Program-made: the position numbers and the translations under genes
Assembly (NCBI RefSeq): GCF_964213995.1
Contig: NW_027590160.1
Location: 1-64,000, forward strand
Direction of reading: 5' to 3'
Source of the DNA: Mustelus asterias
Taxonomy: Eukaryota
DNA length: 64,000 bases
Shown: positions 48,922 to 62,019 of the stretch, in pieces
How positions within the stretch are numbered: position 1 is the first letter of the stretch
Layout: every line of letters starts with the position of its first letter
The notes under the pieces: model-generated
Told to the model about the DNA's origin: nothing
The model's database searches: none
What the model saw: the letters and a program-made list of their open reading frames with translations, nothing else

Positions 48922-51800
48922 TTCGGCAGGGGGGTGGGAACCTGGATTTCTGCTCCAGTGTACAGGAGGATGTGAGTGGTGAGGTGATGAATAAGATTTC
49001 AAGGTCGCAGGAGTGTACCGGCAGGCAGGAAGGTGCTTTGAAGTGTGTCTACTTCAATGCCAGGAGCATCCGGAATAACGTGGGTGAACTTGCAGCATGG
49101 GCTGGTACCTGGGACTTCGATGTTGTGGCCATTTCGGGGACATGGATAGAGCAGGGACAGGAATGGTTGTTGCAGGTTCCGGGGTTTAGATGTTTCAGTA
49201 AGATCAGGGAAGGTGGTAAAAGAGGAGGAGGTGCGGCATTGTTAGTCAAGGACAGTATTACGGTGGCAGAAAGGATGTTAATGAGGACTCGTCTACTGAG
49301 GTAGTATGGGCTGAGGTTAGAAACAGGAAAGGAGAGGTCACCCTGATGGGAGTTTTCTATAGGTCTCCGAAAAGTTCCAGAGATGTAGAGGAAAAGATTG
49401 CAAAGATGATTCTGGATAGGAGCGAAAGTAACAGGGCAGTTGTTATGGGGGACTTTAACTTTACAAATATTGACTGGAAATGCTATAGTTCGAGTACTTT
49501 AGATGGGTCAGTTTTTGTCCAATGTGTGCAGGAGGGTTTGCTGACACAGTATGTAGATAGACCAACAAGAGGCGAGGCCACATTGGATTTGGTACTGGGT
49601 AATGAACCAGGCCAGGTGTTAGATTTGGAGGTAGGTGAACACTTTGGTGATAGTGACCACAATTCGGTTACGTTTACTTTAGCAATGGAAAGGGATAGGT
49701 ATACACCGCAGGGCAAGTATTATAGCTGGGGGAAAGGAAATTATGATGCGATTAGGCGAGATTTAGGATGCACAGGATGGGGAAGAAATCTGTAGGGGAT
49801 GGGCACAATTGAAATGTGGAGCTTGTTCAATGAACAGCTACTGCGTGTCCTTGATAAGTATGTACCTGTCAGGCAAGGAGGTAGTGGTCGAGCGGGGGAA
49901 CCGTGGTTTACTAAAGAAGTTGAATCTCTTGTGAAGAGGAAGAAGGAGACTTATGTAAAGATGAGACGTGAAGGCTCAGTAAGGGCGCTTGAGAGTTACA
50001 AGTTCGCCAGGAAGGAGCTGAAGAGAGAGCGAAGAAGAGCCAGGAGGGGACATGAGAAGTCTTTGGCAGGTAGGATCAAGGAAAATCCTAACGCTTTCTA
50101 CAGGTATGTCAGGAATAAAAGAATGACTAGGGTAAGATTAGGGCCAGTCAAGGACAGTAGTGGGAAGTTGTGCGTGGAGTCTGAAGAGATAGGAGAGGCG
50201 CTAAATGAATATTTTTCGTCAGTATTCACACAGGAAAAAGACAATGTTGTCGAAGAGAATACTGAGATACAGGCTATTGGACTAGACGGGATTGAGGTTC
50301 ATAAGGAGGAGGTGTTAGCAATTCTGGAAAGTGTGAAAATAGATAAGTCCCCTGGGCCGGATGGGATTTATCCTAGCATTCGCTGGGAAGCTAGGGAGGA
50401 GATTGCAGAGCCTTTGGCTTTGATTTTTATGTCATTGTCTACAGGAATAGTGCCAGAAGACTGGAGAATAGCAAATGTTGTCCCCTTGTTCAAGAAGGGG
50501 AGTAGAGACAACCCTGGTAATTATAGACTGGTGAGCCTTACTTCTGTTGTGGGCAAAGTTTTGGAAAGGATTAGAAGAGATAGGATTTATAATCATCTCG
50601 AAATTAATAATTTGATTAGGGATAGTCAGCACGGTTTTGTGAAGGGAAGGTCGTGCTTCACAAACCTTATTGAGTTCTTTGGGAAGGTGACCAAAGAGGT
50701 GGATGAGGGTAAAGCAGTTGATGTGGTGTTTATGGATTTAAGTAAAGCATTTGATAAAGTTCCCCACTTTAGGCTATTGCAGAAAATACAGAGGCATGGG
50801 ATTGAGGGTGATTTTGAGATTTGGATCAGAAATTGGCGAGCTGTAAGAAGACAGAGGGTGGTGGTTGATGGGAAATGTTCATCCTGGAGTTCAGTTACTA
50901 GTGTACCGCAAGGATCTGTTTTGGGGCCACTTTTGTTTGTCATTTTTATAAATGGTCTGGATGAGGGCGTAGAAGGATGGGTTAGTAAATTTGCGGATGA
51001 CACTAAAGTCGGTGGAGTTGAGGACAGTGTGGAAGGATGTTGCAGGTTACAGAGGGACATAGATAAGCTGCAGTGCTGGGCTGAGAGGTGGCAAATGGAG
51101 TTTGATGTGGAAAAGTGTGAGGTGATTCACTTTGGAAGGAGTAACAGGAATACAGAGTACTGGGCTAATGGTAAGATACTTGGTAGTGTGGATGAGCAGA
51201 GAGATCTCGATGTCCATGTGCATAGATCCCTGAAAGTTGGCACCCAGATTGATAGGGTTGCTAAGAAGGCGTACAGTGTGTTAGCTTTTATTAGAAGAGG
51301 GATTGAGTTTCGGAGCCATGCTGTCATGTTGCAGCTGTACAAAACTCTGGTGCGGCCGCACTTGGACTATTGCGTACAGTTCTGGTCGCCGCATTATAGG
51401 AAGGATGTGGAAGCATTGGAAAGGGTGCAGAGGAGATTTACCAGGATGTTGCCTGGTATGGTGGGAAGGTCTTATGAGGAAAGGCTGAGTGACTTGAGGC
51501 TTTTTTCGTTGGAGAGAAGAAGTTTAAGAGGTGACTTAATAGAGGCATTCAAGATGATCAGAGGATTAGATAAGTTGGACAGTGTAAGCCTTTTTCCTCG
51601 GATGATGATGGCTAGCACGAGGGGGCATAGCTTTAAATTGAGGGGTGATAGATATAGATCAGATGTCAGAGGTAGGTTCTTTACTCAGAGAGTAGTAAGG
51701 GTGTGGAATGCCCTGCCTGCAACAGTAGTGGACTCGTCAACATGAAGGGCATTTAAAGGGTCATTGGATAAACATATGGATGAGATTGGAATAGTGTAGG
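48912..51800 (+). pseudogene. Disrupted CR1 ORF2 (APE-RT)
   Basis: FNARS...; frameshift near 49290, stop at 49793-49795, premature TGA at 51743; FADD present. Confidence 0.88.
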
Positions 51801-51887
51801 TTGGATGGGTTTAGATTCGTTTCACAGGTCGGTGCAACATTGAGGGCCGAAGGGCCTGTACTGCGCTGTAATGTTCTATGTTCTATA

Positions 51888-52295
51888 GTCATTCCACAGG
51901 AGCCTATTGCGCAGGCGCAGTGCTGTATCTGGGGCATGCGCAGTGTCACTGCTCAGAGTCCTGAATGCGGGAGACGCTTTTTTCAGCGGGTGAGTCGGCT
52001 GGGCTGCGGGAGAAGTGGAGCCGGGAGTTGGGGTAGGGAGGGAGCGAGCGGAGGCTTCACAAACATCCGCTGTAGGCTGCACGGCCCGAATCAGACCCTG
52101 CAGGTCCCGGGTTTACAGCTCCCAGGCTTTTATCTCGGGAACAGGCCCCGGTTATCGGCCGCCATCTTGTTTCAGCGGGGAAGGAGGGCACATGCGCTGC
52201 TGTCTGTGACGGGTCACAATGGGCGTGGTTTCGGGGGCTGGTTCAGAACCTCTATCTTCAGAGGGACAATAGGTAGCAGGGCGCATGCGCAGCTA
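51888..52295 (+). promoter_or_regulatory. Promoter/first-exon module type II
   Basis: TGCGCAGGCGCA, GCATGCGCA, donor CGG|GTGAGT at about 51990, GCCGCCATCTT; paralog of 14607-14985. Confidence 0.6.
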
Positions 52296-52629
52296 TCCAA
52301 GAACATCGGAATAAGAATTCGAAACAGGAGCCCGTCATTCGGCCCATCGAGCCTGCTGCATCATTCAATAAGATCATGTCTACTTTGCTACCCCCAGCCC
52401 GTCCATACCCTTAACTCTCTTGTGGATCAAAACCTCAGCTTTGAATATATTCAATGACCTGCCTCCAATCCTCACTGGTGAAGACAGAGTTCCAAAGATC
52501 AACAACCCGCTGAGAGAAAAGATCTCTCTTCATCTTCATCTTAAATTTGAGATCCTTTATTTTTACTTGATTCCCACACCTGAGGAAACATCCTCTCAGC
52601 ATCTACCTTGTCAAGCACCTTATATCATA

Positions 52630-52931
52630 TGAATCACAGAATCCCTACAGTGCAGAAGCAGGCCATTTGGCCCATCGAGTCTGTGCCGACCACAATCCCA
52701 CCCAAGCCCCATCCCCACAACCCCATGCATTTGACACGAGGGTCAATTTAGCATAGCCAATCCACCGAACCACAGTCTTTGGACTGTGGGAGGAAACCAG
52801 AGCACCTGGAGGAAACCCACACAGACAGTGCACAGAAAATGTGCAAACTCCACACAGACAGTGACCCAAGGCCGGAATTGAACCTGGGACCCTGGCGCTG
52901 TGAGGCAGCAGTGCTAGCCACCATGCCGCCC
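52630..52931 (-). mobile_element. HE1-like SINE, tail type A, nested in an old minus-strand CR1 fragment (about 52310-53090)
   Basis: SINE match; flank reads LGLYSLEFRRLR. Confidence 0.82.
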
Positions 52932-53489
52932 TTAAATTCCCAGATATTTCAATAGGATTACTTCTCAGTCTTCTAAACTCCAAAGAGTACAGGCCCAAGC
53001 TGCTCAACCTGAAAGATAAAACCCCTCATTTCAGGAATCAACCAACTGGATCTTCCCTGAACTGCCTCCACTGCAATTTTGTCCCAGCTGAAGTAATTCT
53101 GTGCCAGGTTAAAGGAGGAGTGAATGTTTGGAATTTCTGTTCTGGACAGATGCTGATGGATTTTGGAAACTCCTTTTACAGGGGATTAGAAGGGAAAGAT
53201 TTACACACAGCAAACTCAGACCAAAAGAAATGTTTGTCTGTCTTGAATTTCTAACCTTGAATTACACCTATAACTTTCCTCATTTACAGGGACAAGATTT
53301 GAAGATTGCAACATTTTTCCCGGACACCAATCTCTCTGAGATCTTTGCAGATGTAGACTCCAGCGGATTTAAAATGTTGAAAACAGTGAAATGGTTTTGG
53401 GGTGAGTGCTACTGAGCATTAAGTTAAATTTAGAGCATGCTCTGATTCCATGGATCTCGGGCTACTGTGACTCCTTTACCATGGATGGG

Positions 53490-53765
53490 CAGGCAATGGT
53501 GCAGTGATAGTGTTATTGGATTAGTAATACAGGGATCCAGGGCAATGCACTGTGAACCCTGGGTTCGAATCCCACAGTGGCAGATGTTGAAATTTGAATT
53601 CAGTAAAAATCTAGAATTGGAAGTCCATTGATGACAATTGTTGTAAAAATCCATCTGATTTAATAATTTCCTTTAAAGAAGGAAATCTACCACATCCCCC
53701 AGCAATGCAAGCCACTCAGTTCAAGGGCAATGAGTTATGGGCAGTAGATGCTGATGCAGCCAGCA
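53490..53765 (+). mobile_element. Deu-type (SacSINE1-like) SINE
   Basis: B-box GGGTTCGAATCCC followed by GGCAGATGTTGAAATTTGAATTC. Confidence 0.6.
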
Positions 53766-53769
53766 CATA

Positions 53770-55350
53770 GAGTCATAGAGCAATACAGCACGGAAACAGG
53801 CCCTTAGGCCCAACTGATCCATGCCAACCATGGTGCCCTCCCAGCTAGTCCCAAATGCCCGTGTTTGGCTCATGAATTGGAAAGGATTAGAGAGATATGT
53901 ACTTATCCAAATGCTTTTTAAATGTTTAAACCTGCTGTTTGAACATTCAACCACTTTCTCTGGCAGCTCAATCCATGTACACATCACCCTCTGCATGAAG
54001 AATTTGCCCCTCAGGTCCCTTTTAATCTTTCCCCTCTCATATTAAATCTATGTCCTCTAGTTTTCAATTCCCCGACCCTGGCAAAAAGACAATGTGGGTT
54101 CATCCTATCTATGCCCCTCATTATTTAATACACCTCAATATAGTCACCCCACATTCTCCTACATTCGAAGGAATAAACCCGAGCCTGTCCAACCTCTCAT
54201 GATCATTCAGACCCATTAGTCCCGGCAACATCCTCATAAATCTTCTTTGCACTCTTTACAGTTTATCAATGTTTTTCCTATAACAGGGTTACAAAAACTG
54301 TCCGCAATACTCCAAGTGCAGCCTCACCAACGACTCATACAACTATAACATAATGTCCCAACTCCTATACTCAGTGCCCTGACTGATGAAGGCCAGTGTG
54401 CTAAATGCCTTCTTCACCACTCTGTCTACCTGTGACATCACTTTCAACGAACAATATACTTGTACTCCTGGGTTCCTCTGTTCCTCAACACTCCCCAGGG
54501 CCTTACCATTCACTGTATAAGTCCTACCCTGGTTTGACTTTCCAAAATGCAACACTCACACTTAAGACCATAAGACATAGGAGCAGAATTAGGCCACTTG
54601 GCCCATTGAGTCTGCTCCGCCATTCAATCATGGCAGATATTTTTCTCATCCCCATTCTCCTGCCTTTTTGCCATCACCCCTGATCCCCTTATTAATCAAG
54701 AACCTATCTATCTCTGTCTTAAAGACAGTCAATGACCCGGCCTCCACAGCCTTCTGCGGCAAAGAGTTCCACAAATTCCCCACTCTCTGGCTGAAGAAAT
54801 TCCTCCTTATCTCTGTTTTAAAGGATCGTCCCTTTAGCCTGAGGTTGTGCCTCTGTGCTCTGTATTATTTGTACTGAAATCCATTTGCCAATCATCGGCT
54901 CACTTCCTTAACCGATCAACTGATGAAGATCCCCCTGTATATATATATATTTCCAGACGTCTCTTCCCTCAGAGGGCTGTTAGTCTTTTGGATTTCTCTT
55001 CTACAGGGACCAGTGGAGGCTGAAGATCATTGAATATATTCCAGTTAGACAGATCTTTGATGACAAGGGTGTCAAGGGTTATGGGGAACAGACAAGAAGA
55101 TGGAGCAAAAGCTAAGATGTGGGGGGATTTCTTCACTCAAGGATGTGGTAAAGCTTTGGAATTCTCAATCCCTGAGGACAGTGAAACCTCAGTCATCAAC
55201 TACTTGCAAGAGAGCGATTGATTGGTTTCTAGATATTGAGGATATCAAGGGATATGGGTTTAGTGTGGGGAGAATGATGCTGAGGTAGATGAACGAATTA
55301 TCTCATTGAATAGTTTAAAAGGCTCGATGGGCCAAATGGCCGACTGCAGC
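53770..55350. mobile_element. Cluster of CR1 3' fragments (minus 53770-54900, plus 54950-55350)
   Basis: MLHFGKSNQGRTY...; CR1 3' UTR motifs GGCCAAATGGCC and TTCTTCACTCA. Confidence 0.75.
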
Positions 55351-55952
55351 TCCTATTTGTTATGGTCTCTGTGTCCAGGACAAGAAGCAGTGAGCATGGA
55401 TCTGTCAATCAGCACCTTCAGGAGAATTGGGAGGGTGAATATTAGATACAGCAGAGTGAGAATGGAGGGAGAGTGTGTGGGATGGCGATTTACAGCTTCT
55501 TGGGACTGAAATAGGAAAGAATGTTCGATAGAAACTAGAATTGTCTGTTCTGAATTTCTATCCTGTACTGATACTGATGACTTTTGTAAACTTGTTTTAC
55601 AGGATATTGAAAGAGGAATCACAGGCCGAAATCTCAAACGTCACGTCAGATCTGACAGAGTCATATTCCATGGGAGCTGAATATCATCGGCCTTTGAATC
55701 TAGAAGGAGAAATGGTTGTCCAGTCTGTTGATTTGAAAAGATTTCAAACATCAGTGTGACTGGAAAAACACCAACACACGGCCACACTGGAGTGAGAGTC
55801 TTCCAGTGCACTGACTAAAGAGCTTTAACCAGTTACACAGCCTGAATAACTATCACACCATTCACAGCGGGGAGAGACTGTACCCGTGTTCTGTGTGTGG
55901 ACAAGGCTTCAACTGATTGTCCACCCAAGGGAGAGGCAAGGACACCTGCACC

Positions 55953-56963
55953 ATGGAGAAACCATGGAAATGTGCGGACTGTGCGAAGAGATACAGATAC
56001 CCAAATGAGCTGGAAGCTCATCGGCGCAACCACATTGGGGAGAGGCCATTCACCTGCTCTCAGTGTGGGAAGGGATTCACTCGGTTATCCATCCTGCAGT
56101 CACACCAGCAAGTTCACACTGGGGAGAGACCGTTCACCTGCTCTCAGTGTGGGAAGGGATTCACTCGGTTATCCACCCTGCAGAAACACCAGCGAGTTCA
56201 CACTGGGGAGAGGCCATTCACCTGCTCTCAGTGTGGGAAGGGATTCACTCGGTTATCCATCCTGCAGTCACACCAGCGAGTTCACACTGGGGAGAGGCCG
56301 TTCACCTGCTCTCAGTGTGGGAAGGGATTCTGTGATCCATCCAGCCTGCGGATACACCAGCGGGTTCACACTGGGGAGAGGCCATTCACCTGCTCTCAGT
56401 GTGAGAAGGGATTCTGTAATCCATCCAGCCTGCTGAGACACCAGCGAGTTCACAGTGGGAAGAGGCCGTTCACCTGCTCTCAGTGTGGGAAGGGATTCTA
56501 TGATTCATCCAGCCTGCGGATACACCAGCGGGTTCACACTGGGGAGAGGCCATTCACCTGCTCTCAGTGTGGGAAGGGATTCACTTGGTCAAACCAGCTG
56601 CAGAGACACCAGCGAGTTCACACTGGGGAGAGGCCATTCACCTGCTCTCAGTGTGGGAAGGAATTCACTCGGTCATCCCAGCTGCAGAGACACCATGAAG
56701 TTCACACTGGGGAGAGGCCATTCACCTGCTCTCAGTGTGGGGAGGGATTCACTCAGTCATCCCACCTGCTGAGACACCAGCGAATTCACACTGGGGAGAG
56801 GCCGTTCACCTGCTCTCAGTGTGAGAAGGGATTCACTCGATTATCCAGCCTGCGGATACACCAGCGAGTTCATACTGGGGAGAGGCCATTCACCTGCTCT
56901 CAGTGTGGGAAGGGATTCAGTCTTTCATCCCAGCTGCTGAGACACCAACGAGTTCACGAGTGA
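55953..56963 (+). CDS. C2H2 zinc-finger protein, 12 fingers (ZNF unit 8)
   Basis: ATG at 55953; twelve intact fingers, eleven of them with near-identical FTCSQC backbones. Confidence 0.92.
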   Translation: MEKPWKCADCAKRYRYPNELEAHRRNHIGERPFTCSQCGKGFTRLSILQSHQQVHTGERPFTCSQCGKGFTRLSTLQKHQRVHTGERPFTCSQCGKGFTRLSILQSHQRVHTGERPFTCSQCGKGFCDPSSLRIHQRVHTGERPFTCSQCEKGFCNPSSLLRHQRVHSGKRPFTCSQCGKGFYDSSSLRIHQRVHTGERPFTCSQCGKGFTWSNQLQRHQRVHTGERPFTCSQCGKEFTRSSQLQRHHEVHTGERPFTCSQCGEGFTQSSHLLRHQRIHTGERPFTCSQCEKGFTRLSSLRIHQRVHTGERPFTCSQCGKGFSLSSQLLRHQRVHE

Positions 56964-57056
56964 TTCCAGGGGTTGGATTCTGCTGTTATTGTTTCTGCTC
57001 TCAGTTACATCCAGGACAGCATTTTGTTCATTCTCACAGTTGGTCAATGGGGAGGA

Positions 57057-57461
57057 TGCTCTGATTGTGGGAAGGGATTCACTGATTCATCCGACCTGCT
57101 GAAACACCAGAGAATTCATAATGGGGAGAGGCCATTTATCTGCTCCGAGTGTGGGAAGGGATTTACTCAGTCATTCAACCTGCTAAAACACCAGCCTAGT
57201 CACACTGGAGAAAGGCCATTCACTTGCTCCAGTTGTGGGAAGGGATTTATTGATTCATCCAGCCTGCGGAGGCACCAGCGAGTTCACACCAGGGAGAGAC
57301 CATTCACCACCTCTGATTGTGGCAAGGGATTCAGTCAATCATCCAACCTGGTAAAGCACCAGCGAATTCACACTGGGGACAGGCCATTCACCTGCTCCGT
57401 GTGTGGGAAGGGATTCACTCGGTCACCTCACCTGCTGAAACACCATCATGTTCACGAGTGA
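57057..57461 (+). pseudogene. Orphan 5-finger segment (one degenerate), in frame with unit 8
   Basis: [21 protein letters not shown]...HHHVHE*; no own ATG or leader. Confidence 0.7.
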
Positions 57462-57600
57462 TTGCAAGGACTGAATTTTGCTGTTAATCTCATCGAGGTC
57501 CCAACCATTTTCATTGGTGTCTGTTTCTGCTGATGTTAATAAACCCTGGCCCAGTTGTAAGATTTGTATTGTGGATTGTCTTGTCTGAGTCCTGAACTCG

Positions 57601-57780
57601 TAAATAAAAACAAGAAGTGCTGTAAAAACTCAGCAGGTCTGACAGCATCTCTGGAGAGAGAAACAGAGCTAATGTTTTGACACTGAAGAAGAGTCACATT
57701 CAACTGGAAACATTAATTGTTCCTGTCTTTACAGATTCTGTCAGACGTACTGAGATTTTGCAGCAACTTCTGCTTTTAGA
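57601..57780. mobile_element. Old Penelope-type inverted-repeat element
   Basis: AAAACTCAGCAGGTCTGACAGCATCT ... AGATTCTGTCAGACGTACTGAGATTT; CTGAAGA...GAAAC remnant. Confidence 0.5.
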
Positions 57781-58479
57781 CTGACGGTGAATGCTGGACA
57801 CATGAATCAGAGATTGGTGTAAAACTGGGATCTGCTCCTAAATGAAAGTGAAACAGCAGGTTAAAGTTTCCAGTCTGAAAAGTACCATGGTTGTTATACA
57901 TACCATTTTAAGGCTGGTTTTAACTCATTTAAAATAAACCTATTTAAAATATATTTGTTAAAGTCAGTATTAAAATACGAGTTGGATGAGTTCACAGGAG
58001 CCTGTTAACCACTGGGACAATTATTCAACAAACATTGGATTTCCAGATAGAGAAGAAGCTGCAGTTTGTTTGCAGGAATTCCCTGTTTTATTGATGTGTG
58101 TGTGTTAGACATCAGGATAACTAAAAATACACAAACCTGGACATCAATGGTGATCTGATTGACAGTTACTCTGGGAATCACTCCCACTGTGAAACTTCAG
58201 CACTGACACTGCTGAATGTTGTCGGCTCAGGGAGTGGGACCTCCAGGAGTGGACTGTAAAAAAGCTGGGTTTCAGTATCCTGACTAATATATGGTGAGGA
58301 ACCAGAAAAATCCTTACTGAGGAACTGCCTGGGGTTTTACCAGTGTAGGTTCAGGGGCGAATGATTCCTGACTCCCTGAAATGTCTGATATTGAACCCAG
58401 TTTGGAACAAGATTCATTCAGTTTCCAGGAGAATAGAGACAAATATCACCCACAACTGAGAGAGAGAAAAACAGCCACC

Positions 58480-59240
58480 TTGATCAATGACTTGGATGAA
58501 GCCAGAATTGATGATACAAAGATAGGTAGAAAAGCAAGCTGTGAGGTTGTTACAAAAAATCTGTAAGGGGCACAGATAAGTTACCTGAATGGACAGAAAA
58601 ATGGCAGATGGAGTATAGTGCGGGAAAGTGGGAGCTTTTCCGCTTTGGCAGGAAGAATAGAGAAGCAAAAAATTGTTTAAATATACAGAAACTGAAGAAT
58701 ACTGCCGTAGAGAGGAATCTGGGTGTCCTTGTACATGAATCGTGAAAAAATAGGATGAAGGTACAGCAAGTAAAGAAGAAGGCAAATGGAGTGTTGGACT
58801 TTACTGCAAGGGGTGGAGTTTGAAAAAGGGAACTTGCTGCACCTACACAGGACATTGCTGAGATAGCAGCTGGAATACTGTGTAAGGTTCTGGTCTCCCT
58901 ACTTATGGAATGACATGCTTTCCTTGGAATGAGTTCAGAGAAGGTCCATTCCTCAGATGAAGGTGTTGTCTTTTGAGGAAAGATTGTAAGGTGTAGGTGA
59001 GAATTCTCCCATCTCGCCCACCACAGGAATCGTCGCGGGCCGGGGGGGGACCACAAAGGCCCATTGACCTCGGGCAGGATTCTCCAGTTTTGGGGTGAGC
59101 GCGGCCGGAGAATCCAACTCATTGTCTTTTGAGGAAAGGTTGCACCTCTAATCATTAGGTTTAGAAGAATGAGCAGTGAACTTTCTGAAACATATAAGAT
59201 TCTCATGGGGGGTTGACAGGCTAGAGGCCAAGAGGATGAT
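58480..59240 (+). mobile_element. Highly degenerate CR1 ORF2 fragment with an internal small insertion
   Basis: INDLDE, DDTKIG, RNLGVLVHES remnants. Confidence 0.65.
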
Positions 59241-59394
59241 TCATGAAGGAGTCTTGAACTTGGTGCCACAGATCAACAAGAGTCAAGGGTATTGTTTCAG
59301 CCCTTACAGACACCAATACTTTATCCTCAGTTTTAGTCATGTTAGCTGGTGTTGTCCACCCAATGGGACAGGCCCTGTTTCATGTGAGAGTTTT

Positions 59395-59630
59395 TGATTT
59401 GATTTGATTTACTATTATCACATGTATTGGGATACAGTGAAAGGTAGTTTCTTGCGCACTATACAGACAAAACATACATTCATAAAGTACATCGGGGGAA
59501 AGGAAAAAAGAGGGTGTAGAATATAGTGTTACAGTCATAGCGAGGGTGTAGAATAAGATCAATTTAATATACGTTGGTCCATTCAAAAGTCGGATAGCAG
59601 GGAAGAAGCTGCTCTTGAGTCAGTTGGTAC
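59395..59630 (-). mobile_element. Rex1/Babar-like 3' end
   Basis: Reverse-complement match to about 21710-21933. Confidence 0.6.
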
Positions 59631-60647
59631 ATCACGTGGGTGGGAGGATGGCTGCGTTTGTTCGTTTTTGTGCATGAGGATGTGGGTATCTGAGTGAAGC
59701 TGCTTCTCATCAGTTGCAACACAACCTTCCTCCGAGCAATGATAGGTCTCCGAGTTTCCAACTGAGTGATTTGAGTGATTCAGAGATTTTCCATCCAGAC
59801 TGACTGAGTGCTGCGTAAAACCTGACATCTACACAACCTGACCCCACTTCTCCTGGAACAACATGAAGTGTTGGCTGCTTTCCTGATCCCTTCCTTTCCC
59901 CTCACCATTATCCTCAGATAGTTCACAAATTCCATTGTACCTCATCCTCCAATGGTCTCCATTTTAAATATTTCCATCAGTCTTGCCAACAGATAGCAAT
60001 GGGATTGGTGCCATCACAGTGATAAACTCTGAAATACTGCCTCTCGGATCTAGATCTCCCCACCAAATCTTCACCTGAGTTCCACTTTTTAGTCTGAAGA
60101 AATTAATATAATTTAACTTTCAACAGTACCTTCCAACACTGCGACCTTTACCTTCCAATCCTACAAACTCTACCACCGAGAGACAAGGGCAGCAGATAAT
60201 TGGCAACATGGACAACTGACATTATCAAAGAACGAAGAACAGTACAGCAGAGGAACAGACCCTTTACCGAAAAACAATGGCACCCAAGACATAAACAATC
60301 CTGACTTGGAATCATGTTGCTGTCCTTTCACTGTTGCTGATCAAAAATCCTGGAAATCCCTTCGTAACAGCATCTTCGACTGCGGCAAACTTATAAATAT
60401 AGGAGAGGAGTAGATCATTCAGCCCCTTGACCCATTTAATTAGATCACGGCTGATCTGACAGTAACTTCAAATCTGCAGTTCAAGAAGGCAGCCCCAATC
60501 ACCTTCTCAAGAATAATTTGGGGTGGGCGATTGATGCTGGTCGAGCCAGCAATGTCCACATTGTATAAACAAATATAAAACCCCATTAAAACTGATTCAG
60601 CGCGCCCCCTCCCTACAGAATGAAAAAGATTGGTTTTAAGATCAGTT

Positions 60648-61610
60648 AGAACCACAGAACATTACAGCACAGAAACAGGCCATTTGGCCCTTCTTGGCTG
60701 TGCTGAGCCACTTTTCTGTCTAGTCCCACTGACCTGGACCATATCCCTCCACACCCCTCTCATCCATGTACCTGTCCAAGTTTTTCTTAAATGTGAAAAG
60801 TGAGCCCGCATTCATCACCTCATCTGGCAGCTCATTCCAAACTCCCATCACTCTCTGTGTGAAGAAGACCCCCACTAATATTCCCTTTAAACATTTCCCC
60901 CCTCACCCTTAACCCATGTCCTCTTGTTATTTTCTCCCCTAGCCTCAGTGGAAAAAGCCTGCTTGCATTCATTCTATCTATACCCATCATAATTTTATAC
61001 ACCTCTATCAAATCTCCCCTCATTCTTCTACGCTCCAGGGAATAAAGTCCTAACCTTTCTCTGTAACTCAGTTTCTCAAGTCCCGGCAACATCCTTGTAA
61101 ACCTTCTCTGCACTCTTTCAACCTTATTAATATCCCTCCTGTAATTAGGTGACCAAAACTGCACAAAATACTCTAAATTCGGCCTCACCAATGTCTTATA
61201 CAACCTCACCATAACATTCCAACTCCACACACAGCCCTTCTATTTGTGATTTTGCATGAACTATTAACATCATTTATTTTCACCCCAGCTCCACTGTCTG
61301 CTCTGGCACTCTGGTTCCCATCCCCCTGCAAATCTAGTTTAAACCCTTCCCAAGAACACTCGCAAACCTTCCTGCAAGTATATTGGTCCCCTTGTAGTTC
61401 AGGTGTAACCCATCTCTCTTGTACAGGTCCCACCTGCCCCAGAAGAGGTTCCAATGATCTAGAAATCTGAAACCCTGCCCCCTACACCAGTTCCTCAGCC
61501 ACGTGTTCATCCACCTGAGCATCCTACTCTTACCCTCACTGGCACGTGGCACAGGTAGCAATCCTGAGATGACTACCCTCGGGGTCCTGCTTTTTAACTT
61601 CCCACCAAGT
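60648..61610 (-). mobile_element. Internally deleted CR1: ORF1 C-terminus and ORF2 start joined to the ORF2 C-terminus and tail
   Basis: 61334-61610 VVISGLLPVP...DGLHLN...GLN*; 60832-61230 LYKTLVRPNLEY... Confidence 0.85.
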
Positions 61611-61652
61611 TGTTCCTTTGTAGTCACTGATATTTAACTGATATTCCTTTAT

Positions 61653-61693
61653 AGTCACCTGATGAAGGAGCAGCGCTCCGAAAGCTAGTGGCT
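61653..61693 (+). ncRNA. Minimal type I hammerhead ribozyme motif in a Penelope-type repeat
   Basis: AGTCAC-CTGATGA-A-GGAGC(AGC)GCTCC-GAAA-GCT-A-GTGGCT: full core, perfect stem II, 6-bp stem I, palindromic AGCT stem III. Confidence 0.75.
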
Positions 61694-61827
61694 TTTGCTA
61701 CCAAATAAACCTGCTGGACTTTAATCTGGTGGTGTGAAATTTCTTACTCTATTCTCTCTCCACAGATGCTCAGTCCTGCTGAGATTTTCCAACATTTACT
61801 GTCTTTATCTCAGTGATAAATGTTGAT

Positions 61828-61922
61828 GTGTTTGCTCCGCACCCACAGGGCTCCATCTGTTTGCTCTGCACCCACAGGGCTCCATCTGTTTGCTCCGCAC
61901 CCACAGGGCTCCATCTGTTTGA
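61828..61922. repeat. 29-bp tandem repeat (about 3.2 copies)
   Basis: TGTTTGCTCCGCACCCACAGGGCTCCATC. Confidence 0.9.
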
Positions 61923-62019
61923 AGCCACAAACAGAAAGATCCAGTTTTCCCCTGGAGTTTGACACAGAGCAACTTTCACAATGATGCAGAGTTTCAGACA
62001 ATGAGGGAGATCCGGACTC

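Larger units (their letters stand above)
47665..51885 (+). mobile_element. Full-length CR1 LINE with disabled ORF2 (different family from 4745-9106)
   Basis: ORF1 intact, ORF2 in pieces, GTTCTATGTTCTA tail; empty site in the paralog at about 14985. Confidence 0.92.

Noticed and set aside
55897-56772. Alternate-frame ORFs over ZNF arrays ([33 protein letters not shown])
   Set aside because: By-product of repeated 84-nt finger units; same pattern over every array.
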